A stretch of DNA of 64,000 bases from Candidatus Eiseniibacteriota bacterium. Its GTDB lineage: Bacteria > Eisenbacteria > RBG-16-71-46. Below the pieces are notes generated by a model. It saw only the letters and a program-made list of their open reading frames with translations, was not told the origin of the DNA and searched no databases. The translations under genes and the position numbers were made by a program. Where the stretch lies: contig OY970178.1 in assembly GCA_963707915.1 (NCBI GenBank), positions 2,112,001 through 2,176,000 on the forward strand, read 5' to 3'. This document shows positions 28,438 to 38,142 of this stretch, piece by piece (the stretch's first letter is position 1; each line of letters opens with the position of its first letter).

Positions 28438-29328
28438 TCAACGCGCACCTCCGCCGCTCCCCGCGCTGGCGAGCGCCGGCATCGCGTTGACGAGCTCCGA
28501 CCCGATGCCCAGCTTCGCGGGCGAGACGCCGAGCGCCAGCCCGATCAGCTGCGTGAAGTAGAGCACCGGCACGTTGAGGTTCGTCCCGAACTCGCTGTTG
28601 ACCTGCTTCTGGTAGCACTCGAGGTTGACCTGGCAGAGCGGACAGGCGGTGGCGATGATCGCCGCCCCGGACTGCACCGCGTTCTCCAGCAGGTTCCGCA
28701 CCAGGCTGAGCGCGGCCTCGCGGTTGGTGATCAGCAGCGCCCCCCCGCAGCAGCGCAGCTTGAGCCGGTATTCGACCGGCTCCGCGCCGACCGCGGTCAT
28801 CAGGTCCTCGAAGAACCGCGGCGACTCGACGTCCTCGTGGTCCTTCCGGGGCCGCAGGATCTGGCAGCCGTAGTAGGGCGCCACCTTGAGCCCGGCCAGC
28901 GGCCGGCGCACGCGCTTCTTGATCTCCTCGAGGCCGACGTCCTTCACCAGCACGTCGATCAGGTGACGCACCTCGGAGGTCCCCTCGAACCTCAGGTCGT
29001 CCTCGGCCAGGGCCTCGTTGATGTGCTCCTTCAGGTCCGGCTCGTGCGTCAGGTGCTTGCGTGCCGAGTACATGTTCTTGTAGCAGCCGCTGCACGGCGC
29101 GACGACGTCCAGCTTGGTCCGCTCCGCGATCGCCAGGTTGCGCGCCGAGAGCGTGTTCGCCAGCAGCTCGTCGATGTTGAAGTAGGTGGTCGCGCCGCAG
29201 CAGTTCCAGTCCTCGAGCTCCTGGAGCTCGACGTCGAGGGCGCGCGTCGTCTCCAACGCGGACTCGTGGTAGCTCCTCGCCATCTTCTCCAGCGAGCATC
29301 CCGGGAAGTACGCGTACTTCCTGGTCAT
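28438..29328 (-). CDS. hdrB: Heterodisulfide reductase subunit B-like (CCG domains)
   Basis: YFPGCSL, WNCCGA, PCSGC, YYGCQILRP, RCCGG, ACPLCQVNL. Confidence 0.9.
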   Translation of the reverse strand: MTRKYAYFPGCSLEKMARSYHESALETTRALDVELQELEDWNCCGATTYFNIDELLANTLSARNLAIAERTKLDVVAPCSGCYKNMYSARKHLTHEPDLKEHINEALAEDDLRFEGTSEVRHLIDVLVKDVGLEEIKKRVRRPLAGLKVAPYYGCQILRPRKDHEDVESPRFFEDLMTAVGAEPVEYRLKLRCCGGALLITNREAALSLVRNLLENAVQSGAAIIATACPLCQVNLECYQKQVNSEFGTNLNVPVLYFTQLIGLALGVSPAKLGIGSELVNAMPALASAGSGGGAR

Positions 29329-29906
29329 CTCTCCTCCACCGGGACGATCTTCCGGACCATCCGTTTGAAGTTCTCCAGCCGCTTGATCCGCGGCGGCAGC
29401 ACCGGCATGCGGCCCTTCAGCATCAGGCCGGTGGCGGTCGCCGCCTCCTGCAGCATGTCCTGGAAGCCGAAGGAGAACAGGTAGGTCGTCGCCAGCACCG
29501 GCTCGTAGGACCGGCCGCTCTTCATGATGGTCTGGATGAACGTCTCCGAGAACGTCGGGCCGATCAGGTCCTTGCCGTACTCGCTGTGCCAGATCGAGTA
29601 GCGCTTGAGCGCGTACATCAGCTCGGCGATGTCGATCCCCCGCGGGCACCGCACCGTGCACATGTAGCACGACGCGCAATACCAGTAGGTGTTCGCCCGG
29701 AGCGTCTCTTCCTTCCGGTTCGCCCGGATCATCGCGATGATCCGCCGCGGCGTGTGGCTCATGAAGCCGCCGGAGGCCACCGGGCAGGACCCGGAACAGG
29801 TCCCGCACTGGATGCAGGTGTTCACCGGGTTGCCGGTGGAGGCGTGGAGGAGGTTGTCGACCTCCCCGATGAAGTCCAGCCGCTTCTCCATGGTCCCCGT
29901 GCTCAT
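29325..29906 (-). CDS. hdrC: Heterodisulfide reductase subunit C-like (2x4Fe-4S)
   Basis: CIQCGTCSGSCP and CASCYMCTVRCPRGI; ATGA overlap with hdrB. Confidence 0.88.
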   Translation of the reverse strand: MSTGTMEKRLDFIGEVDNLLHASTGNPVNTCIQCGTCSGSCPVASGGFMSHTPRRIIAMIRANRKEETLRANTYWYCASCYMCTVRCPRGIDIAELMYALKRYSIWHSEYGKDLIGPTFSETFIQTIMKSGRSYEPVLATTYLFSFGFQDMLQEAATATGLMLKGRMPVLPPRIKRLENFKRMVRKIVPVEER

Positions 29907-30325
29907 TTCTTCTCGCTTGCCTTCGCGGCCGACGCCTTCAGCAGCGCCTCGATCCGCTCCAGGAGCAACCGCGGCTCGACCGGCTTCTCCATCAACTCGT
30001 CCACCTCGACGAAGTGCGGGTGGAGCGCCTGGCTGCCGAACAGGAAGGCGATCTGCTCGCGGATGCCGGTCATGATCAGGACGGGGATCTCGCGCAGCTT
30101 GGGGTCCCGGCTCATCTTGCGCGCGATCATGACGCCCTCGGCGCCGCGCCCCATCATGATGTCGAGCAGCAGGAGGTCGTACTTCTTCTTCTGCAGCGCC
30201 GCGAGGCCGTCCTTCGGGTTGTGGGCGACGTCGACATCGTACTTCGCGGCCGTCAGGATGGACTTGATGCCATCGACGAAATCGGGATCGTCGTCGATCA
30301 TCAGCAGTTGCTTGCGATCGCTCAT
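29903..30325 (-). CDS. Single-domain response regulator (REC only)
   Basis: MIDDDPDF, LLLDIMM (phospho-Asp), IMTG, EKP; no output domain. Confidence 0.9.
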   Translation of the reverse strand: MSDRKQLLMIDDDPDFVDGIKSILTAAKYDVDVAHNPKDGLAALQKKKYDLLLLDIMMGRGAEGVMIARKMSRDPKLREIPVLIMTGIREQIAFLFGSQALHPHFVEVDELMEKPVEPRLLLERIEALLKASAAKASEKK

Positions 30326-31485
30326 CGCTGGTCTCCGGGATCACGGGTGGTTGGGGCAGCCGGGGCCTCGCCGGCCGGGCGGGTGCTTTCTGCGGTATGC
30401 ACAGGCAGGCGGACGGTGAACGTCGTCCCCCTGCCGATCTCACTCTCGACCGAGATGGTGCCGTGGTGGGCCTCGATGATCCGGCGCGTGAGCGCCAGGC
30501 CCAGCCCGCATCCCGCCTCGGCGTCGGGACCGAGCTTGCCACGGTAGAACGCGTCGAAGACGGAGGGCACGTCCTCCGCCGCGATGCCGATGCCGGTGTC
30601 GGCGACCGCGACCACGACCTGGCCGGCCTCCACCGCGGCGCTCACGGTCACGCGACCCCCCGGGTGCGTGTACTTGACGGCGTTGCCGACCAGGTTGACC
30701 AGCGCCTCGGTCAGGATGGTCTCGTCACCGAGCACCGGCGGCAGCGACCCGGGGGCGGCGTCGGTGATGGTGATGTCCTTGCGGGTCGCGTGCGGCTGCA
30801 CGCTCTCGATCGCGCGGGAGATCGCCGACCGGACCGACACGGGGACGAACTCGCCGCCGATCCCCGCCGCGGGGACCGACACCGCCCGCAGCCAGCTCTG
30901 GATCATCTTGAGCAGGTCGGCGATGCGGACCTTGAGGCGTTCGAGACGCTCCTTCTGCGGCCCGCCGAGCACGGGCTCCAGCTCGGCGGTGAGCACGAAC
31001 AGGTTCTGCTGGACCGCGCTCAGCGGCGAGCGCAGCTCGTGGGAGATGATCGCCGCGAAGTTCTGCTGCAGCATCTCCTTCTCCCGGCGCAGCGAGATGG
31101 CCTCCAGCACCAGGCGCCGGCGCTCGACGCCGCGCTGGACGATCAGGCGGAGCTCGTCGGGCGTGAAGGGCTTGGGCAGGAAGTCGAAGGCCCCGCGCTT
31201 CATCGCCTCGACCGCGGACTCCACCGTCGAGTAGCCGGTGATGACGATGGTCACGATCGTCGGGTCGACCCCACGCATGCCCTCCAGCACCTCGAATCCG
31301 GAGATGCCCGGCATCATCAGGTCCACCAGGACCAGGTCCGGGGCGAACTCCGCCGCCCGCTTCAGGCCCTCGGTCCCGTCCGGGGCGGTGACGATCTCGT
31401 AGCCCCCGCCCTCCAGCACCGCGAGGCAGGAATCGAGGACGATCTCCTCGTCGTCGATGATCAGGATCCGGCTGGGCTTGTCCAC
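30322..31485 (-). CDS. Hybrid response regulator / histidine kinase (REC-HisKA-HATPase), cytoplasmic
   Basis: IIDDEE...DLMMPG...KPF REC domain, ISHELRSPL H-box, NLVGNAVKY, DTGIGI, GLGL; GTG start at 31485. Confidence 0.9.
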   Translation of the reverse strand: MDKPSRILIIDDEEIVLDSCLAVLEGGGYEIVTAPDGTEGLKRAAEFAPDLVLVDLMMPGISGFEVLEGMRGVDPTIVTIVITGYSTVESAVEAMKRGAFDFLPKPFTPDELRLIVQRGVERRRLVLEAISLRREKEMLQQNFAAIISHELRSPLSAVQQNLFVLTAELEPVLGGPQKERLERLKVRIADLLKMIQSWLRAVSVPAAGIGGEFVPVSVRSAISRAIESVQPHATRKDITITDAAPGSLPPVLGDETILTEALVNLVGNAVKYTHPGGRVTVSAAVEAGQVVVAVADTGIGIAAEDVPSVFDAFYRGKLGPDAEAGCGLGLALTRRIIEAHHGTISVESEIGRGTTFTVRLPVHTAESTRPAGEAPAAPTTRDPGDQR

Positions 31486-31487
31486 GT

Positions 31488-33488
31488 CTACGCCGCCTCC
31501 TCCAGCGACACCGGCAGGCGCACCACGAACGTGGTGCCCTCGCCGACCTTGCTCTCGACCGCGATGGTCCCGCGGTGCTCCTTGACGATCCCGTAGCTGA
31601 TCGCCAGTCCCAGCCCTGTCCCGCGGCGGGCCCCCTTGGTGGTGAAGAACGGGTCGAAGATCCGCTCCAGGTCCGCCTCCTTGATGCCGCACCCGGTGTC
31701 GGCGAACTCGAACTCGACGAAGCGGCCCGACGCGTCCACCCGCGTGGTCAGGGTCAGGCGGCCGTCCGCCGGCGTCGCCTCCGCCGCGTTGATGATCAGG
31801 TTCATGAACACCTGCTGCATCTGCGAGGGGTCCATCGGCACCGGCGGCAGGTCCTCGCCGAACCGGCGCACCAGCTCGATGTTGCGGAACAGCGGCTGGT
31901 TGGCCACCAGCGCGACGCACTCCTGCAGCACGGTGTTCACGTTGCACGGGCGCTCGTCGGGCTTGCTCTGGCGCGAGAAGTCCAGCAGCCCGCGGACGAT
32001 CTTGCGGCAGCGGTTCGCCTGGGTGACGATCTTCTGCAGCGACGAGCGCGTCGAGCCCTCGCCCGGGTTCTTCTCGAGCAGCAGCTGCGAGTAGGTCACG
32101 ATGCCGGTCAGCGGATTGTTGATCTCGTGGGCCACGCCGGCGGCCAGCTGCCCAATGAGGGCGAGCCGCTCCGACTCCATGACCTTGCGCGCGGCCTGCT
32201 CCTTGAGCTGCTCGTCCCGCCGCTTCAGGGCCGCGGCCATGCTGTTGAAGCTCTCGGCCAGCTCCTGGAACTCGTCCCCCGAGCGGATCTCGACCCGCTG
32301 GTCCAGGTTCCCGCGGGCGAGCTGGTCCGCGCCGGAGACCAGCTGCTTCAGCGAGCCGGAGATGCGCTGCGACAGGTAGTGGGACAGCGTGAGCGCCAGC
32401 AGCGAGCCGATCAGCGTGACCGCCAGGAACACGATCACGGTGCGGCGGCGGACCTCGACGTACTTCCCCTCCAGCAGCCCCACGTACAGCATGCCGATGA
32501 TGGCGCCGCCGTAGTCGCGGATCGGTTCGTAGGCGGTGATGCGCCAGTCGCGAACGACGTAGGCGCGGCGGATCCACTTCTCGCCGCGCAGCACGACCGC
32601 GTCGTAGACGTTCCGGGCGGCGCGCGTGCCGATCGCCCGCGAGCCGTCCGGGTTCAGGACGTTGGTCGCGATCCGCATGTCGCCCTGGAAGATGGTCGCC
32701 GTCCCCATGTCGCGCCCGCGGTACTGCAGGCCCTGGAACACGGTCTGCTTGATCTTGTCGACGATCTCGTGGTTGCGGTTCAACAGCACGCCGCCGTAGA
32801 CGACACCGATGAAGCGGTGCTCGAAGTCGAACACCGGCGCGGCCGCCTTGAGCGCCATGCCGGTGGTGGAGTACCGCTCGGTCCGCGGCCGGGCCATCTC
32901 GGTCGGGACCAGCTCGATCGTCGCCCGCGCCGCGAGCTCGGGCGAAGTCAGGACCAGCTCCTGGTGAGGGATCAGCACCGTCGCGGCGACCGTCTCGTGC
33001 CGCTCCAGCACCGCCCGCACCAGCTGCTGACGGCTCTGGTCGTCGCCGTACACCCCCGGGTTCGAGGTCCGCAGGATCACGACCCCGCGGGCGTCGGTCA
33101 GGGTCAGGGCGTCGAGGTGCTCCTCCTTGCAGATGCCCGAGAGCCGGCGCAGCAGCCGGTCCCGGCTGCCGGCGTACACGGGCGAGCGGACGAAGTCCCG
33201 GTCCGAGACGAACCGGACCGCGTCGCTGATCCGCAGCAGGTTGTTCTGGTAGATCTCGCGCGCGGAGTTGAGGTCGGTGCCCACCTTCTCCTGGGCCTGC
33301 TCCACGAACCGGTCGCCGATGACCCACGTCCCCACCAGGCTGAGGATCACGCTGATCAGGATGATGATCAGCAGGAAGCTCAGCTCCAGCTTGGCGCCGA
33401 TGCGCAGCCGGAACAGCCGCGCCAGGCCGCCGCCTTCGAGCGGCGGCCCGTTGCGCAGCTTCCCCAGGATGGCGGGCAGGAGGCTCAC
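31488..33488 (-). CDS. Membrane sensor histidine kinase (Cache-HAMP-HisKA-HATPase)
   Basis: Two TM helices flank an extracytoplasmic Cache-like region (ATIFQGDMRIATNV...GSRAIGT...AYEPI...GMLYVG). HAMP DEFQELAESFNSM, GVAHEINNPL, DPFFTTK, GTGLGL. GTGA overlap with mvhG. Confidence 0.9.
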   Translation of the reverse strand: MSLLPAILGKLRNGPPLEGGGLARLFRLRIGAKLELSFLLIIILISVILSLVGTWVIGDRFVEQAQEKVGTDLNSAREIYQNNLLRISDAVRFVSDRDFVRSPVYAGSRDRLLRRLSGICKEEHLDALTLTDARGVVILRTSNPGVYGDDQSRQQLVRAVLERHETVAATVLIPHQELVLTSPELAARATIELVPTEMARPRTERYSTTGMALKAAAPVFDFEHRFIGVVYGGVLLNRNHEIVDKIKQTVFQGLQYRGRDMGTATIFQGDMRIATNVLNPDGSRAIGTRAARNVYDAVVLRGEKWIRRAYVVRDWRITAYEPIRDYGGAIIGMLYVGLLEGKYVEVRRRTVIVFLAVTLIGSLLALTLSHYLSQRISGSLKQLVSGADQLARGNLDQRVEIRSGDEFQELAESFNSMAAALKRRDEQLKEQAARKVMESERLALIGQLAAGVAHEINNPLTGIVTYSQLLLEKNPGEGSTRSSLQKIVTQANRCRKIVRGLLDFSRQSKPDERPCNVNTVLQECVALVANQPLFRNIELVRRFGEDLPPVPMDPSQMQQVFMNLIINAAEATPADGRLTLTTRVDASGRFVEFEFADTGCGIKEADLERIFDPFFTTKGARRGTGLGLAISYGIVKEHRGTIAVESKVGEGTTFVVRLPVSLEEAA

Positions 33489-34456
33489 CCTCGCTTCGGC
33501 ACCTTTCTGCGGAGCAGGGACTTGGCCAGTCCGTAACGGTTGAACGTCCCGACCGGGTCCGGGATGCCCGCGAGGACCAGGTCGATCGCCGCCGCGTCCC
33601 GGGGGCCGACGTTCGAGGCCACCGAGGAGAGGATCTTCGCGCCCTGGTCCTTCACCCGCGAGGTCGCGCCGAAGCAGCCGGTGCACGGCATGTTCCCCTG
33701 GATGCAGACCGCCTCGCAGCCGCCCCGCGTCGCGGGGCCCATGCAGATCACGCCCTGCGCCAGGACGCACTTCTCCGGGTCGATCACCACCTGGTGGGGC
33801 CGCTTGAACTCGGTGAACGCCAGGTCGGTGGGCTTGCTCGCCTTGCGCGGGCACTCGTCGCACAGCGCGATGTCGGGCGCCAGCACGGTCCCCTTCGGCG
33901 GCAACTTGCCCTCCAACAGCGCCCCGACCGCGGCCTTGGTGAGCTTGGGAGTGGGCGGGCAGCCCGGGATGGTGTAGTCGACGTCCACCACCTGGTCGAG
34001 CGACCGCACCATCTCGCGCAACACCGGCAGGTGGAGCGGGTGCCCCGCCTGCGTGGACGAGGACAGCGGGCGCGTCCCCGCCTCGTTCGCCGTGGACGGG
34101 CTGTCGCCGTAGGCGAAGCGGAGGATCTGCTCGAGCGGGAACTGGTTCGCCAGGCCCGGGATGCCGCCCGAGGCGGCGCACGAACCGTAGGCGATCAGGA
34201 CCTGGCTCTTGCGCCGCAGCAGGTGCGCCATCTCCTCCTGCTCGGAGGTGCGCACGGCGCCGTTCAGGAACGTGGCGACGATGGACTTGTCCGCCATCGC
34301 CTCGACGTCCTTCTTCTTGAAGTCCATCGCGCACGGCCAGAAGATGATGTCCACCGCCTCGACCACGCCGAGGATGTCCTCGGCCAGGTCCACGATGGCC
34401 TCTTCGCAGCCACCGCAGGAGGCGCACCAGTAGAACGCGACCTTGGGCTTGCTCAT
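33485..34456 (-). CDS. mvhG: [NiFe]-hydrogenase small subunit, MvhG type
   Basis: WCASCGGC, YGSCA, PGCPP, CDECP, CMGPATRGGC, PCTGCFG. Confidence 0.88.
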   Translation of the reverse strand: MSKPKVAFYWCASCGGCEEAIVDLAEDILGVVEAVDIIFWPCAMDFKKKDVEAMADKSIVATFLNGAVRTSEQEEMAHLLRRKSQVLIAYGSCAASGGIPGLANQFPLEQILRFAYGDSPSTANEAGTRPLSSSTQAGHPLHLPVLREMVRSLDQVVDVDYTIPGCPPTPKLTKAAVGALLEGKLPPKGTVLAPDIALCDECPRKASKPTDLAFTEFKRPHQVVIDPEKCVLAQGVICMGPATRGGCEAVCIQGNMPCTGCFGATSRVKDQGAKILSSVASNVGPRDAAAIDLVLAGIPDPVGTFNRYGLAKSLLRRKVPKRG

Positions 34457-34944
34457 CGGGCCTCCTGCTGTGCGGCGTGGGCGTGAGCCTCCGCTTCGCT
34501 CATCACCTCGCCGTCCCACGACTGGAACTTCCCGGGCAGGTCGAGCGGACCGAGGACCTTGACCTTCTCCACCATGTCGTTGATCACCGACTTGACCTTG
34601 TCGCCCTCGGCGGCCGAGATCCACTCCAGCCGCAGCCGCTCCGGCTCGATGCCCATGTCGGCGAGCATCCGCTGGAGGATCTGGAACCGGCGCAGCATCT
34701 TGTAGTTGCCCTCCCCGTAGTGACAGTCGCCGGGGTGGCATCCGCCGATGAGCACGCCGTCGGCGCCCTTGGCGAAGGCGTCCAGGATGAACTGCGGGTC
34801 CACGCGGCCCGAGCACATCAGCCGGATGGTCCGGACGTTGGCCGCGTACTTCATGCGCGACACGCCGGCCAGGTCCGCCGCCGTGTAGGTGCACCAGTTG
34901 CAGAAGAACGCGACGATCCGCGGCTCCCAGGGTTTGTCATTCAT
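34453..34944 (-). CDS. mvhD: MvhD (hydrogenase iron-sulfur subunit delta, 2Fe-2S)
   Basis: FFCNWCTYTAADLAG, MCSGRVDP, GADGV, GCHPGDCHY, WISAAEG. Confidence 0.93.
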   Translation of the reverse strand: MNDKPWEPRIVAFFCNWCTYTAADLAGVSRMKYAANVRTIRLMCSGRVDPQFILDAFAKGADGVLIGGCHPGDCHYGEGNYKMLRRFQILQRMLADMGIEPERLRLEWISAAEGDKVKSVINDMVEKVKVLGPLDLPGKFQSWDGEVMSEAEAHAHAAQQEAR

Positions 34945-36920
34945 TGGCCAGGATCCCTTCGATCTCGCTGTAGATCTCTTCGTCCTCGAACAGGTTCTGG
35001 ACGATCGAACCGGACGGACAGGAGGCCACGCAGGTCCCGCAGCCCTTGCAGAGCGCTTCGTTGATGACCGCCTTCTTCGTGCTCTCGGCGAACGTGATCG
35101 CGGTGTACGGGCAGAGCGGGATGCAGGACTTGCAGCCCGAGCAGTCCTCCTCGCGGACGTAGGCGGTGTTCGGCTCCTGCTCGATGTGCCCGCGGCAGAT
35201 CAGCGAGTAGGCCTCCGCCGCCGCCGCGCCCGCCTGGGCCACGGTGTCCGGGATGTCCTTCGGCCCCTGGCAGCAGCCCGCCAGGAACACACCGTCGGTG
35301 AAGGTGCTGACCGGCGCCAGCTTCGGGTGCCGCTCGAGGAAGAAGCCCTCGGTGCCGCAGCTCATGTTGAGCATCCGGCGCACGTCCTGCGCGTCGGCCT
35401 GCGGCTCCAGCCCGGTCGCGAGCACCAGCATGTCCACCGGGAACTTGAGCACGCGGCCGAGCAGCGTGTCCTCCGCCTGCAGCAGCAGCCGGTCGCCCTC
35501 GGGGTCGCTCGGGTCGGGGAACACGTCCGCCACCTTGCCGCGGACCATGTGCACGCCCTCGCCGGCGATGCGGTTGTAGAACTCCTCCATGCTCTTCCCC
35601 GGGGTCCGCATGTCGATGTAGAAGTTGTAGACCTCGGCGTGCGTGTGCTCCTTGATCAGGTGCGCGAGCTTCAGCGAGTACAGGCAGCACACCCGCGAGC
35701 ACCACTTGTTGTTGTTCTCGTCGCGCGAGCCGACGCAGTGGACGATGCCCACCGTCTGCGGCTTCTTGCCCTTGCGCGTCACCAGCTCGCCGCCGGTGGG
35801 CCCCGAAGCGTTGACCAGGCGCTCGATCTCGAGCGCGTTGTAGACGTTCGGGTAGCGGCCGTAGCCGTAGAAGGGCATGCGCTTCGCGTCGAAGGTCTTG
35901 AACCCGGTCGCCACGATCACCGTGCCGACCTTGATCTCCTTGAGCTCTTCCTTCTGCGAGAAGTCGATGGCCTTGCGGTCGCCGCAGGCCTTGACGCACG
36001 GCTCCTTGCAGTTCCCGTGCGTCCACACGCGGCAGGTGCCCGGGTCGATCATGACGATCGGCGGCACCGCCTGCGGGAACGGCATGAACACCGGCTTGCG
36101 CTTGCCCAGCCCCTCGTTGAACTCGTCGGCGAAGCGCGGCTCGCGATAGACGCAGGCCTCCACGCACTCGCCGCAGCCGGTGCACAGGTCCTCGACGATG
36201 TAGCGCGGCTTGCGCCGGATCGTGACGTCGTAGTTGCCCACGAAGCCGCTCACCTGGGCGACCTCGGAGTACGATCCACAGCGTGATGTTGGGGTGCGCG
36301 TTCACCTGCGACATCTTGGGCGTGAGGATGCAGGCGGCGCAGTCGAGCGTGGGGAAGGTCTTGTCGAACTTCGCCATGTGCCCGCCGATCGTGGCCTCAC
36401 GCTCGACGAGGTAGACCTTCTGGCCGCCGTCGGCCAGGGTCAGCGCGGCGTGGATGCCGGCGATCCCGCCGCCGACCACCAGCACGGCCGGGTGGATCGG
36501 GACCTTCTTGATCTCGAGCGGCTTGTGGAACGGCACGCGCCGGATGGCGGCCCGGACCAGGGCAAGCGCCTTGCGCGTCGCCTCCGCACCGTCGGTGTGG
36601 ACCCAGGCGTCGTGCTCGCGGATGTTCACCATCTGGAAGAAGAACGGGCTCAGGCCGCCCTTCATGGTGGCCGTGCGGAACGTGCGCTCGTGCAGCAGCG
36701 GCGAGCACGCCGCGACGACCACGCGGTTCAGCTTGTGCTCCTTGATGTCCTGCTGGATCAGCTCCTGGCCCGGATCGGAGCACATGTACTTGTAGTTCCG
36801 GGAGACGGCCACCCCGGGCAACTTGGCCGCGTACTTGGCCACCGCCTCCACGTCCACCATGGCGGCGATGTTGGTGCCGCAGTGACAAACGTAGAACCCG
36901 ATTCTAACGGGCTCGCTCAT
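34937..36920 (-). CDS. hdrA: Heterodisulfide reductase subunit A (FAD, multi-FeS); one frameshift near 36272
   Basis: GFYVCHCGTNI, VVGGGIAG, KTFPTLDCAACILTPK in one frame; CTGCGEC, CVGSRD, CSRVCC, GCCQGPKDI, CKGCGTC in another. Removing one base at TGG-ATCG-TAC-TCC-GAG joins them. Confidence 0.9.
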
Positions 36921-36923
36921 CGG

Positions 36924-38129
36924 TCAACCCTCCAGTGACTCGGCCAGCAGTTCGACCACGTCCCGGACCACCAGCTGTTTGTCGTGGCCGAGCGTCTTCA
37001 CGGCGTCTTCGAAACGGAACAGCTCCAGCGGACAGGAGACGGCCAGCACGTCCGCGCCGGCGGCGACGGCTTCCTTCACCCGCCGTTCGGACAACCGGTC
37101 CATCCCCTTCGACTTGTAGTAGGTGTCCAGCCACATCCCGCCACCGCCGCCGCCACAGCACAGCGAGTTGGCCCGGCTGTGGGCCATCTCGACCAGCGTC
37201 ACGCCCGGGATGGCGCCGAGCAGCTCGCGCGGCTCGTCGTAGCAGCCCATGCCCCGCCCGAGGCAGCAGTTGTCGTGGTAGGCGACCTTGACCTCGAGCT
37301 TCTTCGTGAGCCGGGGCCGCAACGACTCGAGGTACCGCGCCAGGAACGGCGTGGTGTGTTCGACCTCCCAGCCGGCCTCGGCGAACGGGTAGCGGCTGCG
37401 GAAGGCGTTGAAGGCGTGTGGATCCCCGGTCACGACGCGCTTGAACGAGTGCTTGCGCAGCGCCTTCAGGTTCGCCTCGCTGAGCTTCTCGAACAGGCCG
37501 GGCTCCCAGGTCAGGCGCCCGCACTCGCCGGCGCACTGCTCCTCGTGCCCGAGGATGGCGAAGTCCACGCCCAGCGCGTTGAACAGCTTCGCCGTGGCCT
37601 TGCTGTTCGCCTGGCCGCGGGGATAGAAGGAGGTGTAGCACTCCACGAACCACAGCACGTCCACCGGGCCGGGCTTCTCCGCCAGGCTGCGCACCGGCAC
37701 GCCCGCGGTGGCCGCCCAGGCGGCCCGCTTCCGCCCCGACTCGCCCATCGGGTTGCCGTAGCGCGACATGTTCTCGAGCGACTTCTGCAGCTCGCCCGGC
37801 AGCTCCTTCAGGTTGGCCAGCGTCTGCTCCTTGACCAGCGGCAGCAGGACGTCGGTGAGCCGGATGCCGCGCGGGCACTTGCTCAGGCAGGCGTAGCAGG
37901 AGACGCAGCGCAGCAGGCTGCCGGAGGCGATGACCTCGTCGAGCAGGCCCCGCCACAGCATGTTGATGATCGCCCGCGGCGGGTACTCCATGTCCTCCCC
38001 GTACGGGCACGTGCCCGCGCACGTCCCGCACTGCAGACAGGTCATGATCTGCTGGCCCTCGGGTGTGGCCATGAGGGTTTCCAGCGTGGTGTCGGTCGGA
38101 CAGGTGACAGCGCGTTCGACGATGGCCAT
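36924..38129 (-). CDS. HdrD/GlpC-like soluble (Fe-S)-binding oxidoreductase (4Fe-4S dicluster plus CCG domains)
   Basis: CLQCGTCAGTCP, CVSCYACLSKCPRGI, GNPMG, YHDNCCLGR, LCCGGGGG, SCP. Confidence 0.85.
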   Translation of the reverse strand: MAIVERAVTCPTDTTLETLMATPEGQQIMTCLQCGTCAGTCPYGEDMEYPPRAIINMLWRGLLDEVIASGSLLRCVSCYACLSKCPRGIRLTDVLLPLVKEQTLANLKELPGELQKSLENMSRYGNPMGESGRKRAAWAATAGVPVRSLAEKPGPVDVLWFVECYTSFYPRGQANSKATAKLFNALGVDFAILGHEEQCAGECGRLTWEPGLFEKLSEANLKALRKHSFKRVVTGDPHAFNAFRSRYPFAEAGWEVEHTTPFLARYLESLRPRLTKKLEVKVAYHDNCCLGRGMGCYDEPRELLGAIPGVTLVEMAHSRANSLCCGGGGGGMWLDTYYKSKGMDRLSERRVKEAVAAGADVLAVSCPLELFRFEDAVKTLGHDKQLVVRDVVELLAESLEG

Positions 38130-38142
38130 GGATCGTCCCTTC

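Noticed and set aside
6229..34427. Apparent giant fusion ORFs (6229-9783, 12595-16941, 18520-21969, 30322-33327, 31488-34427)
   Set aside because: Only the C-terminal parts are real proteins. The N-terminal extensions are off-frame readings of the upstream gene, and internal starts with RBS or ATGA overlaps explain them.
36260..36285. Programmed frameshift or genuinely split hdrA
   Set aside because: No slippery heptamer and no RBS for a second cistron. It is one of many single-base indels in the region and is best explained as sequence error.
26857..36920. Evidence for methanogenesis or an archaeal origin of the window
   Set aside because: HdrABC-Mvh occurs in many bacteria, and the window has murB, LPS glycosyltransferases, TolC and TonB systems and no mcr/mtr genes.
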